NCBI RefSeq assembly: GCF_009914755.1
Contig: NC_060928.1
DNA length: 64,000 bases
DNA from: the human T2T-CHM13v2.0 reference genome, Homo sapiens
Direction: 5' to 3' (one strand)
Part shown: positions 50,401-64,000 of the stretch, in pieces
Layout of the letters: each line of letters opens with the position of its first letter
Numbering within the stretch: position 1 is the stretch's first letter
Position numbers and translations under genes: made by a program
The notes under the pieces: model-generated
Told to the model about the DNA's origin: nothing
What the model saw: the letters and a program-made list of their open reading frames with translations, nothing else
Database searches by the model: none

Positions 50401-53289
50401 GAGGCCTGGGCCTGCCTCACTTCTTCATGCCGACTTCATGGATCCAGAGTGGCCTGATGTCAACCCCCATATGTGGTTGTGGAAACTGAGGCCTAGAGGT
50501 GACTGTGTGGCCAGGGACCCCTAGGGGTGAGGGGGCAGAGCAAACTGTGGACTCAGAAAGGTCCCTCTGCAGAGAGCCTGGGCTCTGATCTCACCCCGTC
50601 CCAAGCAAGCCACAGAGCAGCGTTTTCCACGACCGGTTTCCTGGGCAGAGCTCCCCGTTGGGCTCTTGGGAGATTTCAGGCAAAATAAAATAAAGCAGCC
50701 ACTACCGACGGAGGAGGGCTTGCCCTGTGTGGAGGGTGCTGGCTCGAACGCCGTCCTGCTCAGGGTTCCTGTGTACCTGGCCCAAGCCTGTCACAGATGC
50801 AGCTCCTACCAGATATACATAGACATGCATATGTTTTCATTAACTCCTGTATTTTAATCCTATGGCTGTTGGTAGGAAAGGAGGGAAAAGAAAGAATCCA
50901 AATATTCCATTGCAGCTCAGTATGGAATTCAAAAGGAAATATTCCTTGGTGCAGGCAGCAATGTTAGTACTTTATAGAAGCAGCTCCAGGCTTTGGATCC
51001 TGCCCCCGACTCCGGGGGTGGGGGCTGGAGGGTGGGGGAAACACGTTGCCGTGGCACTTGCTGGCGAGGAAGCCGCCCTTCCCGGCTGTGCTGGCAGCCG
51101 GCTGTATTTTTCTATCACATCCATCGGCAGGGCTCAAATATTCCGTGCCGTGTCGGATCAAAACACACGGCGCCTGCAGGCCCATCTCGAGGCTGGTTGG
51201 ACAGCCACGGCCCCTCCATGTCCCCACTCCCGTCAGCCCGTGGTGGCCCCCACGTGCAAGGGGTGGGGGAGGAGCAGCCCTGTGCGGAGGGCCCTGTGCG
51301 GAGTGCCACAGGTACCCCTTTATGCAGGTGCCTCCACCGTCCCTGGGCAGGCATGGGCAGCCTCCGCTACGTGCCAGGGGGGATCTGAGGGTCATGACAT
51401 GGATGTGAGATGGGGGCTGACAAAGATAGGAGAGTCCCTAGAGCTGAGGAGCAGAGGAGGGAGATGCCTAAGACTCCAAGGCCCAGGGGAAGCTTTTCCA
51501 TCTTGAGGTCCCCGTTGTCCTCCCACCGGGTTTCCCTTGAGTGGCCAGGGGACCTCTGGCCCCACTCCCGGGGGTCCGCACCCCCGTGACCCAGCAGGAC
51601 CGTGGAGAGCATGGATTGCAGCAGGCAGTGGAGGAGGATGGGGAGACTGGGGATCTGACAGGCTCCCTGGGGCATGCCCTGCCTGACCACCAGTGTAAAA
51701 TAGGCTGCGGTGTCTCCTGCCAAGGCCAGGGCCTCTACTCCAGCAGGGCTCAGTGCCACCCCTCTGAAATCTGCCTGGGAAGCAGAGTCAACTGCAAACT
51801 CCGGGCCAAAAGAAAGCCCTGGGGACCGAAAATGCCCTTCCTTCCTGCCAAGAGGGTTTGTGGCTGCTCCTAGTAAAAGCCTTGGGTACAATGGTGTTGT
51901 GATGGTCCTGATAAGGAGTCAAACCATGCAAGGTAGAGGTGGGGCGCTGGCCCAGAAAGCTCAGTTAAAGACATTCTGCCCTTATGTCCGAGCACAAAAC
52001 ATGCCCAGAGCTGCCTGGCAGCCATGGAGAAAAGGGGAACAGGATACGAACTCCCTCCACCACCTGATGCATGGTTGACAGGAAGGTCTATAGACTAGGA
52101 GTTGGCAGCTAGACCCACCTAGAAGACCACCAGTCCCACAAGATCTCCACAATTCTGGAAACTCTGCCTCCAGAGGAGGGCTTTGGGGACTGCACAGAAC
52201 CCCAGCGGGACATTCATGCCAGATTCCCTATTGGGGTGGGGGAATTGTCCAATCCCCGTCCTGGCCTCCATCTCCAGCTGCACCAGACTGGGCCATTTAT
52301 TATTCATTCCAGCAACACTCCCCACCAGGCCCTGGCTCTGCACTGGGGAGGCTGTGGGGGAGGACAGCCATGGGGCAGTGGCTCCCAGCCCGGTGTCCCA
52401 GACTGGCCTGTGGCTGTGCGGCCTACACTGGCCCAGCACAATCCCACCCTCCTAGGGCTCCCGGGCAGGTCACAATCGCTGCCAACTCCTCTGTCCTCAC
52501 CTCCGTTCATCCCACTTCCTGCTCTGGCTTGGCCGTGCCCCACGCCTTTGTGAATTAATGCTTTGTCCCCCAGGAGTGCCCTTCCCGCCCTGTGTCACGT
52601 GACAGCTTCACACATGGCCTTCACGACTCAGACCAGGCCCCGTCTCCAGAGCGCCCGTGGAGCCTCCAACCCTGCCCTCCCCAGCCCCAGGTCCCAGAGG
52701 CTGGACTAGACACTGCCCCGCTCAGTGCATGGAGCCCAGCGGGGCACAGGGACAGTGAGTAATCCAGCCAGGCGGCAGCTGGGCAGAGCAGGCCTCCCCC
52801 GCGGTGTGGAGCCACCTGTCCTCTCCCATGTGGAAGTCCTAAAAGGATCATCTCTGGACTCCAAATCCAACAGCCACTCCTGCCGTCCTCACTGTGCCAG
52901 GACACGGGCCCCCCAGGCTGTCGGTGAGAAACTTCTTACAGCAAGAGGCCGGCGTGCTGGGAGCTGGGGGCTGGTGCTGCGGGGGACGATTTTCCACTTC
53001 ACGTGCGGCCCGGCTGCTGCAGTGTCTGCTCTGCTCTTGTGGGGGGCGGGCTTTTTCCCCGGTTAATCAGCTCTTAACCGACTGCAGCATCGATGAAAAC
53101 AGGCATTTCCATACCGCCTTTAGAAGCCTAACTCAACTGTTAGACTCCTCAGCGAGTGCTGGGGAAAGAGATACCCGAGGGGCCGTCTCATTCAATAGCC
53201 CCCTTCCCACTCTGCAGAGAGGCCCAGAGAGGGGTGGCTTCAAGCATAATAATGACAAAGAGCAGACATGACAGTGAACCCAGCAGTTA

Positions 53290-53565
53290 GTGTTCGATGT
53301 GTGCCCACCATGTGCCAGTCTTTGGGCCAGGTGCTCTGTGCATGTGCTTTTCATAATTCTGCCAGGCAGGATCGATGCACCCATTTTACAGATGAGAAAA
53401 CTGAGCTCCAGAAAGGGGCTGCCATAGAGAGATGCTGTCTGAGAGCCAGACGCTGGAATGTGCTCCATACTCACCCCACCACAGGGGATCCCTCGGCGAG
53501 CCGTCACCGTCCACGATATTAGCTTCATTCTACAGATGAGAAAACCGGCTCAGAGTGTGCACGTG
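53290..53565 (-). mobile_element. MIR fragments (two cores)
   Basis: cccattttacagatgagaaaactgag at ~53380 and ttctacagatgagaaaaccggctcagag at ~53528. Confidence 0.75.
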
Positions 53566-56500
53566 ACTTCTCCAATTTGTCTTCTATCTTCCACATCCAG
53601 CGTCCACGCCACCTAACTTTGAGCTGTCGCTCTGCCTTTTCCATTGCAAACAATGCCTAGATTACACGTTGAGCCAATGGGATCAGACGGGGCTCAATGC
53701 TCACACTCCACCGGCATTGCTTCATTATTTTTGACATAACCCGTGCACTTAAACTTCAGCAGCTCCATAAAAACAGCAGAGCTGTGCCCCTTCACAATGG
53801 GAATAAGGCCTGGCTCTGTGTTTATTATGTCATCTTAGAAACAATTCAGAACAATGAGGCTGCTTTTAAAGATCACCCCACCCAGGACACACAATGCCAA
53901 CATGTTTGTGGTGAAAAATCAGTTACCCGTTTCCTAGAGTGTGCTGCCATTGCAAACTGAATTTCAAGCAAAATCAGTCCGCTTCTAATTAGTCCAAATG
54001 AAACTGTTATTCAAAATTGATTGCTGTTGTTTCCGCCACTATTCAAATAGGAGGCAAACAATAGAGGGATTCTCTCCTCTCGATACCGTTCAGTAACCCA
54101 CGGAGCCCGGCGGTCGCCAGTGCCACGGCTGGGGCTCCCTGCCAAGGTGGGGTTTGCTGAATGCAGGGGCGTAATTTGCAAATTGGGAATAAACAGACGA
54201 TTGCTCATGTGCCGGGAGAGGGCAGGAGGGCTGTAGGAAGTTGATGGATGTCACCTGGGCCCGCTCAGGGCTGTCTGTTTCAGAGCCTCGTGACGAAGCC
54301 TCTTTGGGGACCCCCTTATGAGGGTGGGATGAGGAATGACTGTGGGTGACGCTTTTGTCACCTGGCACGGGGGTAGGTTTCTCAAGGTTGCTAAAGTTGG
54401 ACATGCAGCCCCCAGGCTTTGGGGCCCCTGACTCAGGCTTGAAACCTCACTGAATCATGTGGCGCCCTGAGCCTGCGTCCTCTGGAGAATGGGCCGAAGC
54501 CCACCCCCCTGACCTCCCACAGCTTCTGTGCAGAGCCATGAGGACCCTGGAGACCCCAGGAACAAATGTCAAACACGCTCATTAAAGGGCTGGACTCTGC
54601 AGGGTGTTGGTTCTGGGCAGACCAGACCTAGTCTTAACCCCAAAAGCTCCAGCTGGCCTGGCACAGGCCCTCCAGATGAGTGGCCACTTGACCTTGGGGG
54701 CACGGGGAGGACGGCCCTGGCTGGAGGGGAGGGGCTCCCTGGACAACTGTGCATAGCCTGGGTGCTCAGGCCCTGTCCTAGGATGGGAAGAAATTCCTCC
54801 AGGCAGCCTGCTTCTGTCTCACCTCACTCCCAGGCCCTGCACAGAGGCCTGCACACAGCGGGCACTTAATAAATGTTGGAAGAATTTATGTGAATGTGTC
54901 AAAGGTACAGTTCTGCCCTCAAGGTGGCTCTGATCCGGTTGGGGAAGCAGGACAGCATCTTCAGAGCAGACGTAGCGGGGAGGGAGGCTCCGCACCTCCG
55001 TCTTCTCTTCCGTCAGATGCGGCTGATGATCCCAGGCTCCCAGGTCTGGGTCCTCTGGGAGATCCGTGCTTGTAACGGACACGCTTCTCGCCTCTTCCTT
55101 GGCTCTGTCCAAGGAGCAGGGGTGCCTCCAGCACCACAGGATGCCCCTGGTTCACTCAAAGCATCCCTCAGATTGCCACAGATACACAATGGCCACAGGA
55201 CTCAGGGGACAACACAGTCACCCAGGAGCACTGGGCAGCCTGGCCAGCCTCCGCAATGCTGCATGCACCCTTCCTCTCCTGACCTGAGTCCCCCGACTGC
55301 TGGTCCCTTGACCACCCTTCCAGCCAGAGAGCTCCACCAGGACCCGGGGGTGTTTGCCCCGTCCACCTCCTCTGGCACCTACCGGGCAGGAGCTGGCTGC
55401 TGAGGCAAGGGCCCTTGGTCGCCTGGCCAGTCCTTGGTCACCCAGCTCTTGGGGTGGGATGAGGGCCCCTTCAACTCCATGAAGGTCTGTTCCCCAGGCT
55501 GACCCAGCCTCAGGTGATTCTCAGAGAACACCACCATGGCATCCAGGTGTTGACGCCCTGGCTTAACCACTCAAGAGCAGGAAGAGGCTTCAGACACAGC
55601 GCTGAGAGTATGACCTGAGGTCAGGGAACGCGTGTGGCTGGATTGCTGCAGTGCAAGGCCAGGCGTTGTTACCCAGTGTCCTGCGTGCTCCCCACCACTG
55701 AGGGGCATCTCAAGGAACGACGTCCCTGCCCCTCAGCAGGGAGGCACCTGCTCCTGCCCACTCTTATTATCCCGGGCCAGGGAGGGCTCGGCCAGGCTGA
55801 GTGGCTTGGCTTGCCCGAGTCCCCAGGCTGCTCAGCGACCAAGCCAGACATCAGAATTAGAGCAGGCAGCCCGAGCCCCTCTCTGCGGTGCCTCCAGAGA
55901 TGTGGGTTTCCCAAGCCCAAGAGTGGCTGAAGCGGCTTCCCAGGGAGTGTTCACCGCCTGAAAGGGTGGGTACTTTTGTGGTTTGTTCCCACCCTAAGTG
56001 GGAGCCCTGTGGGGTTGGGCCAGGTACACAGCATCTGCCATGGGCTTGTGACATGGCCATACTCAGAGGCCAAAGGCCCACTGGCTGCAGGAGCAGGGAC
56101 GGAGGGCTGGCTTTGTGCAAAATGAAAGCTTGGAGCGCCGGCTGAGGGAGGCCAGTCTCCCCTGCCTATGGGCCTATTGCCCTGAGGTCCCCAGGGATGG
56201 AAACTCAATTCCCAAATGTGCTGGATGTCTGGATGGGGAGTGGGCTGAATGCCAACCCGTGCCAGGGGTGACCTCCACCCTGCCCTGCCCTGATGCCATG
56301 GGATGCCTGCTTGGTCTCACTGGGCCCCTCCAGGGGTGGTAGGTGACTGTTTGTAGGATGAGATCAGGGAGAGGAGACCAGGAAAAGTGTCCAGGGTAGG
56401 GAGTGGGCATGACAGCTGTCCTGGGGTTAGCCAGAGGGGAGATCACATGTGAGCCAAGGGTCTGGTCCCTTCATACATCCCTCAAAAAGCACAAGTTCAA

Positions 56501-56794
56501 AGCCAAGGTTGTTAAGAATTTCAAGAGGCAACTGGAGAGCACGAAACCCCAAGTGGGTGCCCTCTGAGCATGGCACCCTTCTAAGCACAGCGCTCCACGG
56601 GATCTCACTGACACACGGCTGACCACGAGACCGGCCCTCCTCCAAGCATTAACCGGGCTTCTCTCTAAAGGCAGAAGAAACTCCAGATTGGAAGATAATT
56701 CCCATGGGACTGTGTCCCCAACAACCCTCCCGGATCTGTGAGGTGTCAGCAGAGGCTCCTGCTTCTGCTATCTTTGGCTTTGCTCTCCGAGAGG

Positions 56795-57160
56795 AAGTTC
56801 GTTCATTCATTCATTCATTCATTCATTCATCCCTCCATCCATCCATTGGTTCATCCATCATCCATTTCATTTATTCAAGAAGCGTTTATTCAACATCAGC
56901 TGCGCGTGAGAACACTGAGAAAAACACAGAACCTCCATGATTTCCTGCAACGGTTTAAGCCCTTCTATAATTCTGTCATATAGCAAAAACCAATGCACAT
57001 TTATAATCATTCCTCTAAAAAGCATATATCAAGTGCCCACAGCACACCGGCCATGAGGTTAGCAAGACAGAGACACCCCTGTCCTCATGACCTGTGCAGT
57101 CTTGTGATGGGGCAGGCAATAGACGATCACATAAGCAAGTACAAAATTGTAAACTGTAGC
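56795..57160 (-). mobile_element. L2 fragment with (TTCA/TCCA)n tail
   Basis: ttcattcattcattc...aagcgtttatt; cctgtcctcatgacctgtgcagtcttgtgatgggg. Confidence 0.6.
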
Positions 57161-57299
57161 AGTTTTATACAAGGACCTGCCCTGTCTGGGTGGGGTGGGG
57201 TGGCGAAGGTGGGTTGGGGTGGGCAGCCACCTCCTGGCAGGTTATAGGGTCAGCTGCAGCAGCAGCAGCTGGGAGCGGGTGCTCTGGGGTTAGCCCCCA

Positions 57300-57681
57300 C
57301 ATGAGTCCGCTGGGGATGCCTTAGCGGAATACCCCAGCCTGTGCGGCTTCAACAACAGAAGCTTACCATCTCATAGCTCCGGAGGCTGGAAGTCCAAGAT
57401 CAAGGTGTTGGCAGGGGCGGTTTCTCCTGAGGCTCCCTCCCGGCTTGCAGACACCATCTTCGCTCCGTCTTCACCTGGTCTTCCTTCTGTGTGTGTCTGT
57501 GTCCTCATCTCCCCTTCTTACCAGACACCAGTCAGACTGGATTAGGGCCCACCCATATGACCTCAGTTTACCTTAATTACCCCTTTAAAGAAGCTGTCTC
57601 CAAACACAGTCCCATTCTGAGGTCCTGAGGGTCAGGGCTTCTACATAGGAATTTGGGGAGGACACACCCTGGCCCATGACA
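57300..57681 (-). mobile_element. MLT1B-like MaLR LTR, near complete
   Basis: ggaggctggaagtccaagatcaaggtg, gacaccagtcagactggattagggccc, ccttaattacccctttaaag, tctccaaacacagtcccattctgagg. Confidence 0.88.
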
Positions 57682-57922
57682 CCTCCTGAGTCCATTTCCC
57701 TCCCCACATGGGCCTGTGTGACGGGGGCACGTTCCCTCCTTCTTCTGCCTTGATTTCTCCAGCTGTAGCCCAAGGCCTGTAACAGCACCTGCTGTGTGGG
57801 GGGCAATTTTGAGAAGCCCATGGAAAGTCCTGGCAGGGTGCCTGGTGCTAGCCAGGTCAGGGAAGGCCCATTCCCCCCATGGCTGTGCTGGGGCCTCACT
57901 CTGACCCTACAGGGAGGGTTTT

Positions 57923-58234
57923 TGTTTTGTTTTGTTTTGGTTTGGTTTTTTTGAGATGGAGCCTCACTCTGTCGCCCAGGCTGGAGTGTAGTGGCACAAT
58001 CTCAGCTCACTGCAACCTCTGCCTCTCAGGTTCAAGCCATTCTCCTGCTTCATCCTCCTGAGTAGCTGGGACTACAGGCACCTGCCACCACGTCTGGCTA
58101 ATTTTTGTATTTTTAGCAGAGACGGGGTTTCACCATGTTGGCCAGGCTGGTCTCAAACTCCCGATATCAGGTGATCCACCCGCCTTAGCCTCCTAAAGTG
58201 CTGGGATTATAGGCGTGAGCCACCGTGCCCGGCC
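57923..58234 (-). mobile_element. AluS (Sx/Sq-like) with 15-bp TSD
   Basis: Full dimer with (TTTTG)n tail; [18 protein letters not shown] at 57908-57922 and 58235-58249. Confidence 0.94.
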
Positions 58235-58744
58235 TACAGGGAGGGTTTTGATGCCCCTGCAGTTGAGAAATGTGAGCCTTGGGGCTGTCAAGCAATAACC
58301 AGGTACCCCAGCAGGGGAGGGGCAGGGCTGGGCAGTCCACACTCATGTCCCTGGGCTGGTGAGGATACAGGTGCAGCATCTAAGATTGTTTGTGGCTCTG
58401 GGCGTGGAGAGGGGTCCTTGATGTCCATCCACTGGTGGTGCAGGAACATGAGGCCTGTCCCGTGGGCAAGTCTGTGGGCTGCAAGGCTGTGATCCATGTC
58501 CTAGCTCCTCCCAAGGCCATGCCTCCTGTGGGCCTGCACTGAGGGAGCCTTGGGAGGAGGTGGCCGTTATGTGGCCGTCACATGGCTGTGCAGCAGCCAG
58601 GCCAGCTCGGGCGCTGGCTCCCCGGAGGGCAGGTCCAGGCCATGTTGACTCTGGAGGCAGCCACATGGCTTTTGCTGGTTCCCTGCTGAGCTGGGCTTTG
58701 CAGCCTGTCACCTGTGCAACCCTTGGCCAGTATTTGTTTTGTTT

Positions 58745-59170
58745 TTAATGTTCATGATAGCTTTATTCATAATAGCAAAAAACTGGAAACAACCCTAAAC
58801 AACTGGTAAATGGATAAACAAACTGCAGGTGCCTCCAGACAATGGAATACTACTCAGCAGTGAAGAGGGCAAGCTGCAACTTCTTGCAAAGGCCTGGGTG
58901 AGCCGCAAAGCCAGAGAAGCCCGCCTCAAAGTCAACGTGCTCCCTGGCTCCATTTACGTGACATTTTGTTGAACAGACTATTTTTTAAGCAGTTTTAGAT
59001 CCATAGAAAAATTGAGCAGCAAGCACAGAGTCCCCTCTGTCCTCTTGGCATTATTTAACTTCTCCATCTGTAGATGTGGATATTGATGTGGACTTCACAG
59101 GGGCAGTGGGTGGCAGGAGATTCCTGGAGGTGGGTGTGGGCGTGCTTTGTAAACTGTAAAGTGCAGCACC
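58745..59170. mobile_element. Old L1M fragments (mixed orientation)
   Basis: aatgttcatgatagctttattcataatagc..aactggaaacaacc, caatggaatactactcagca (+); gcagttttagatccatagaaaaattgagcag (-). Confidence 0.7.
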
Positions 59171-60177
59171 CCAGTTAAAATTTATTCTCAGGCTCAGTAA
59201 GCCATGGGGTGGCTGCATAGCCACCGGGGCCTGCAGAGGGTGGGAGAGACTGGCTCCCAAGCCCAGCCCAGAGGTTCTGGAAAGGTAAGCCTGGTCACAT
59301 TGCTCAGAGGTGAGGAGGAGGGACCCTCCAGCCCAACCTGGCCTCCTGCAAGGTTTGTCATTTGCGGGGATGACGGAAAACTACCAGCCTGTCTGCACAG
59401 CTCCAGCCAGAGCTCTTATCTCCCATCGGCTCGCCAGAGGCCTCGGCCCAGCCCCCAGCCGGCAGGAGGATGGGGCACCTCTGCTCCTGGAGAAGGAGAG
59501 GCCCTGTGGCTCCACCTGCCCTAAGGGCTGGCCCTGGACTCCTGCCAGGTCCCCACCCAGCCTGTGACATGCAATGCCAGGAGTCTAGAATGGCCTATCC
59601 CTGAGGGGGGTTCAGATCCTGGCTCTGTCCTGTCCCCCCTGTGTGACCTCAGCACATTCCTGCACCTCTCTTAACAAACCCTGCCAACAGCTGAGTTGCT
59701 TAGCACCTGCTATGTCGTGCAGCTTGGAGACCCTGCGCACCCTTTACCAGGACCCTGTCTCCCAAAGCTCGGTGAGGCGCCTGGTCATCCCCCAGGATGT
59801 GGGAGGCCGAGGCTGGGAGCAGAGGGCGGCCCGCACCTGCCACAGGGCTGATCTAGGCTGGGGCTGGGATTGGAATTCCATCCCCAGGTGCCCCCGACAT
59901 GAGGTGAGCCGGGGACCAGCGTTCATGACGCAGTGGGAGCCCCTCCCAACAGGGCTGTGACTTCGCCGGGGATGGACCTTGCAGGGAGGCAGGCAGCTGC
60001 CCCACAAATCTGCCTCCCAGAGCCCTGAGCCGCCCACGGCTCTGGGTTGGGGTCTCAGCTGACATACAGTTACTGGAGTTTCTGTGGCTTCTCTGGACGT
60101 GGCCTGAGCCGGGCCAAGGGAGAGAACAGAAATGGAGGGACACATGTCTATGCCCTCAGCAGGCAGCACCACAGGAC

Positions 60178-60635
60178 CCACACGAAACTCCTCCCCCTCA
60201 TGAAACTCCTCCCCCATATGAAACTCCTCCCCCCACGAAACACCTCCGCCCGCAAGAAACTCCTCCCCTCACATGAAACTCCTCCCCTCACACGAAACTC
60301 CCTCCTCACATGAAACTCCTCCCCACACACGAAACTCCTCCTCCCACATGAAACTCTTCCGCCACATGAAACTCCTCCCCTCACATGAAACTCCTCCCCA
60401 CCACACGAAACTCCTCCTCCCACACAAAACTCCTCCCCACGTCTTCCTCCCACACGAAACTCCTCCCCACACCAAACTCCTCCTCCCGCACGAAACTCCT
60501 CCCCTCACACGAAACTCCTCCCCTCACACGAAACTCCTCCCCTCATATGAAACTCCTCCCCCCACATGAAACCCCTCCCCTCACATGACACTCCTCCGCC
60601 CACCAAACTCCTCCCCCCCATGAAACTCCTCCCCT
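60178..60635 (+). repeat. ~19-21-bp C-rich minisatellite, more than 20 variant copies
   Basis: Unit CACA(C/T)GAAACTCCTCCCC(T). Confidence 0.93.
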
Positions 60636-63600
60636 CGGGCCCCACGTGAGCCTGTAGCCAGCCCTCTGGGGGAACTGAGGCTTCAGTGGAAGGAAGGCCC
60701 TGAAAGCTTCTTCCAGGCTGGGGAAGGAGCACTAAGGGGAGGAAGATCACACTCCTCCAGCCACCGTGTTGAGACGCTGGGGCTGGGAGTCCCCTCTGCG
60801 TCCAGGTGTGTGGATGTCAGTGGTCAGTCTCCTTTCATTGGTGCCCACCTGCTTTCCTGCTTCTCATGAATGCCCACAAAGTGTTGGGATGACCACCAGC
60901 GGCTGCAGTATGATACCCCAGCTTGGCAGCCCCACGAAGAGGGGGTCCCAGGGCAGGTCCCACACGCTCCCAAAATTGCAGTGAAGCCACTCGGCCCCAG
61001 GGGCCTCCGGTGGGGACAGAGATGATTCTGCACAGGGACGTCAGACACTGCCGCCAGGCGGTCGTTCAGGTGGGAGGCGGCCCTGCAGGGGAGGTAAGAC
61101 TGCTTTGCCCACCTCCTCCCTGAAGCCCCACTGGCCCCTGAGCAGCTGCAGGCTGGTGTCTCTTGGGCCTGCACTGATAGTTGCCTCCAGGTGTCCTGCC
61201 CTGCACGGCACTCCCTTGCCACACCCTGGGCTTCACAGCCTCGAGGGCAGGGGTCTGTGCCCCTGGAGCATGGAGCTCTCGGCTGCTGAGCCCCAGCCTG
61301 CCTCTGCGCCACCTTCAAACCTGGCTTGTATGGAGAAAGTTCTCCCTCTGGCCTCTGGCCTGGCTCCCTGGTGGCAGTGGTGTCCTCGGCTCAGGACTGC
61401 CCTGAGGGCCCTCTTCCAGCCCCGCCCCTGCTTGAGCGAGTGAGTGAGCAAGCCTTCCCCAGGTGGGCCCCTCCCTAGCTCCCAACCCTGACTTTTCCCC
61501 TGAGCCCAGGCTCTGCTGTGCTCTGTGCTAGGGCTGGATCTGCTGAAGCCGGGGCCAGAGGCCTGTGCTGCCCCCAACCTGGGAACCTCCAGACCACACT
61601 GATGCGACCGCTGCCTCCCAGTTCCCCGGAACAGATACTGAGCTCTGAGCAATGGGCACAATTTCAGACCCAGCGTCCTGGCGGTGCCATAAAACTGCAG
61701 CAGCGAAGCTCACTGGAGTCATTTTCTCCTGTGCTGCTGACACGGAGAGGAAAAATCCCCAAATAAAGCTCTTCCCACAGCCACAGCCACGAAAACATTG
61801 TCCCCTGCAACTGTGCTCGCTACTCAAACATGATTTCTCCTCCTCAGGGGGAAAAACCTCCCAGCAATTCTCATTGCAAGATGGTAAACCTGTCGCCCTA
61901 ATGAACAGCTTTCATTTAGAACCCAGCGAGAAGGGGCGCACCGGGAGACGGCAGCTTTGTTGACTGCGATGTTTCCAAATCACTTGCTCAACCTGCAGCG
62001 TTCCCATGGAGCTTGGAGCGCCCAGCATAGGGCTTTATTGTTGTTTTGAGGCAAGAAAGAAGTTTTCAGAAGCCATACTTTGTGCTGATTCATGTTTCAC
62101 CCTTGTGCCTACAAAGTCTCCCTCAAATGGGTATCCTGGTCCTCTTGCATGCCTCTGATGATGGGATGCTCACTACTTCCCAGTGCAGCCCCCCTTCATT
62201 GCAGGGGCTCATCACCAAGACTGCAGGGGAGGAGACTCAGAGCTCCCGTCTGTCCTGCTGTCTCCACCTATGAGTGTTTACTGAGCACCTGCTACATGCC
62301 AGGCCCTGTGCCAGGGCTGGGAGGGAGGAAGGGGCTTGCGGAGGGGCTGCCCTTTCAGGGGATGGAGCTCAGGGCTGGCTTGGCTGTGACAAGACCATGA
62401 TGCAGGTTTGACACTCCTAAAGGAGAAAGGAATTGGGTGGGAGGAGCCTCAGTCACAGGTGGCAGCTGAGACAAAGGCCACCCATGCAGGGAGCTGGGAC
62501 CAAGCTGGGACCCCCTGGGAAAAGCAGCCCTGGGGTGAGCCCCTCAGCCTCCAGCTTCCTCCGCACAGGTCCCCACGGCAGCCACAGTGAGGGTCCTCTG
62601 TCCTCCGTGGGGAGGGCCACGTACCCGGCATGATGGCAGCAGCTGGTGGTGCATGTCTAATATATGGCAGCTCAAGGAGATCAGCCTCTCAGCGGCCCCA
62701 GAGCAGCGCTCGGCGAGGGTGGGGACTGAAGCACCCCCATTTTATAGGAGAGGAGCAAGGCTTGGGGGTCGAGGGGACCTGTCCAGGTAGGATGTGAACA
62801 CTGCTGCTTCACTAGCCTGTAAGACGCCCACGCACAGTCTGCAGCGCCTCCCAGCCCTGGGCGGTGAGAATCGGAACAACCCGAGCAAGCACAGCCCCGG
62901 GGCGGGGGTGAAGAGGGACCCCACCCAGCTGGCCCAAGGCAATGCCTCCTTACACCCGCCTAGAATAGGATCCTAAGCCTAGAATACACTGCGGGTGCAG
63001 CCTGCCCGCTGCATGAAGGATGGGCCCTGGCTTCCTAAGGCACGGACCTGGAGCACTTGATCCCGTGATGGATCAGGGGCTCCCGGACAGCTGCCCTGGG
63101 CTGACGGTTCCCGGGGTGGACAGCATCAGCCGGGGCTGGGCACACAAGGGGGAATTCAGTCCAGGAGGTTGGAGCGATGCGTGAGTGAAGAATGAATGAG
63201 TGAGGGAATGAATGATAGTTCAGGCGGTGGCCAGCAGTGCACCAGCTTCCCTCAGAGCTCCCTGCGCCCGGCCTGCCCATGCCCTCGCCTTCCTTTTCTC
63301 GTCTCTGCCTCTCCCACCCTTGTCACAGGCTGTCCCCTTCTCAGAGGCACTCGGAGTGCCCCTGAGTCTCCTCTCATTCCAGGAGGCTGAGCTGGACTCC
63401 CCGGAGCCTTGGGGTGGGGAGGGGCTTGGTGGGGGAGCTGGGGGCGGGGCCAGCCTTCCTTCTGGCTTGGATGCGCCCTTCCCAGTGACTCCATCACCTC
63501 ATCAGCAAAGCCAGGGAGGCAGTGACACAGGTGCTGCTCCATGCGTGTGGGGGCTTGTCTCATCAGCTGGCACAGGCATGTGAGGACACGCAATAGGACA

Positions 63601-64000
63601 GGCCGGTCGGGTGAGGTGGGGTGAGTCTGGGACAGGCGATGGGGGCCCCTCGGGGCCTGAATGTTGGCCGACGGGCCCCTGGGACAGGTGCAGGGGGCAG
63701 TGCATCCTCTCCCCGCTCCCCAGTGCAGCCACAGAAACAGCAATAAAAGCCTTTTTGTTGCCTTTCCAGCCCAGACAAAATCAATAAATTCTGGAAACAT
63801 GAGAACAGCTGACCTTTGAGATTTCTAGCAAACCTTCAAAGAGGAAATGTGGTTCGGGCTCCGGCTCAGAGCTCAGCACCAAGTCCAAGGCGCTGGGAAC
63901 CTCCGCATAGGCCCAACTTGGGTCCTGCACTGTCACAGGGGTGAGACCCCAATCCTGCACGTGCTTCTCAGGCAGGCCTCACTCATGTGGATTCCAGAAA

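Noticed and set aside
63870-63895. REST/NRSE-like motif CTCAGCACC...
   Set aside because: Only the left half-site matches; the GGACAG half is absent.

Overview
This is mammalian, human-type genomic DNA: GC-rich, with primate Alu SINEs and old L1, L2, MIR, MaLR and MER repeats. It holds one real protein-coding gene, the intronless alpha-2C adrenergic receptor ADRA2C (+ strand, ATG 45505 to TGA 46893, 462 aa, insertion allele at residues 322-325). The gene sits in a CpG island with a TTAGAAA TATA-like box, a (GGC)7 tract, two uORFs, a 21-bp 3'UTR duplication and an AATAAA signal. The rest is intergenic and rich in minisatellites; the other ORFs in the track are artefacts of GC content or repeats. 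The most notable non-coding item is a perfectly homogeneous 21 x 29-bp VNTR about 19 kb upstream of ADRA2C, in which every unit carries a consensus AP-1 site next to a 12-bp CpG palindrome. Also of interest: a MER85 piggyBac MITE, a uORF/GTG overlap that opens a 107-codon in-frame N-terminal extension, a young AluY, a dispersed ~150-bp duplication and AT-rich candidate enhancers. Repeat subfamily names come from recalled consensus sequences and boundaries of old repeats are approximate; no searches were run.
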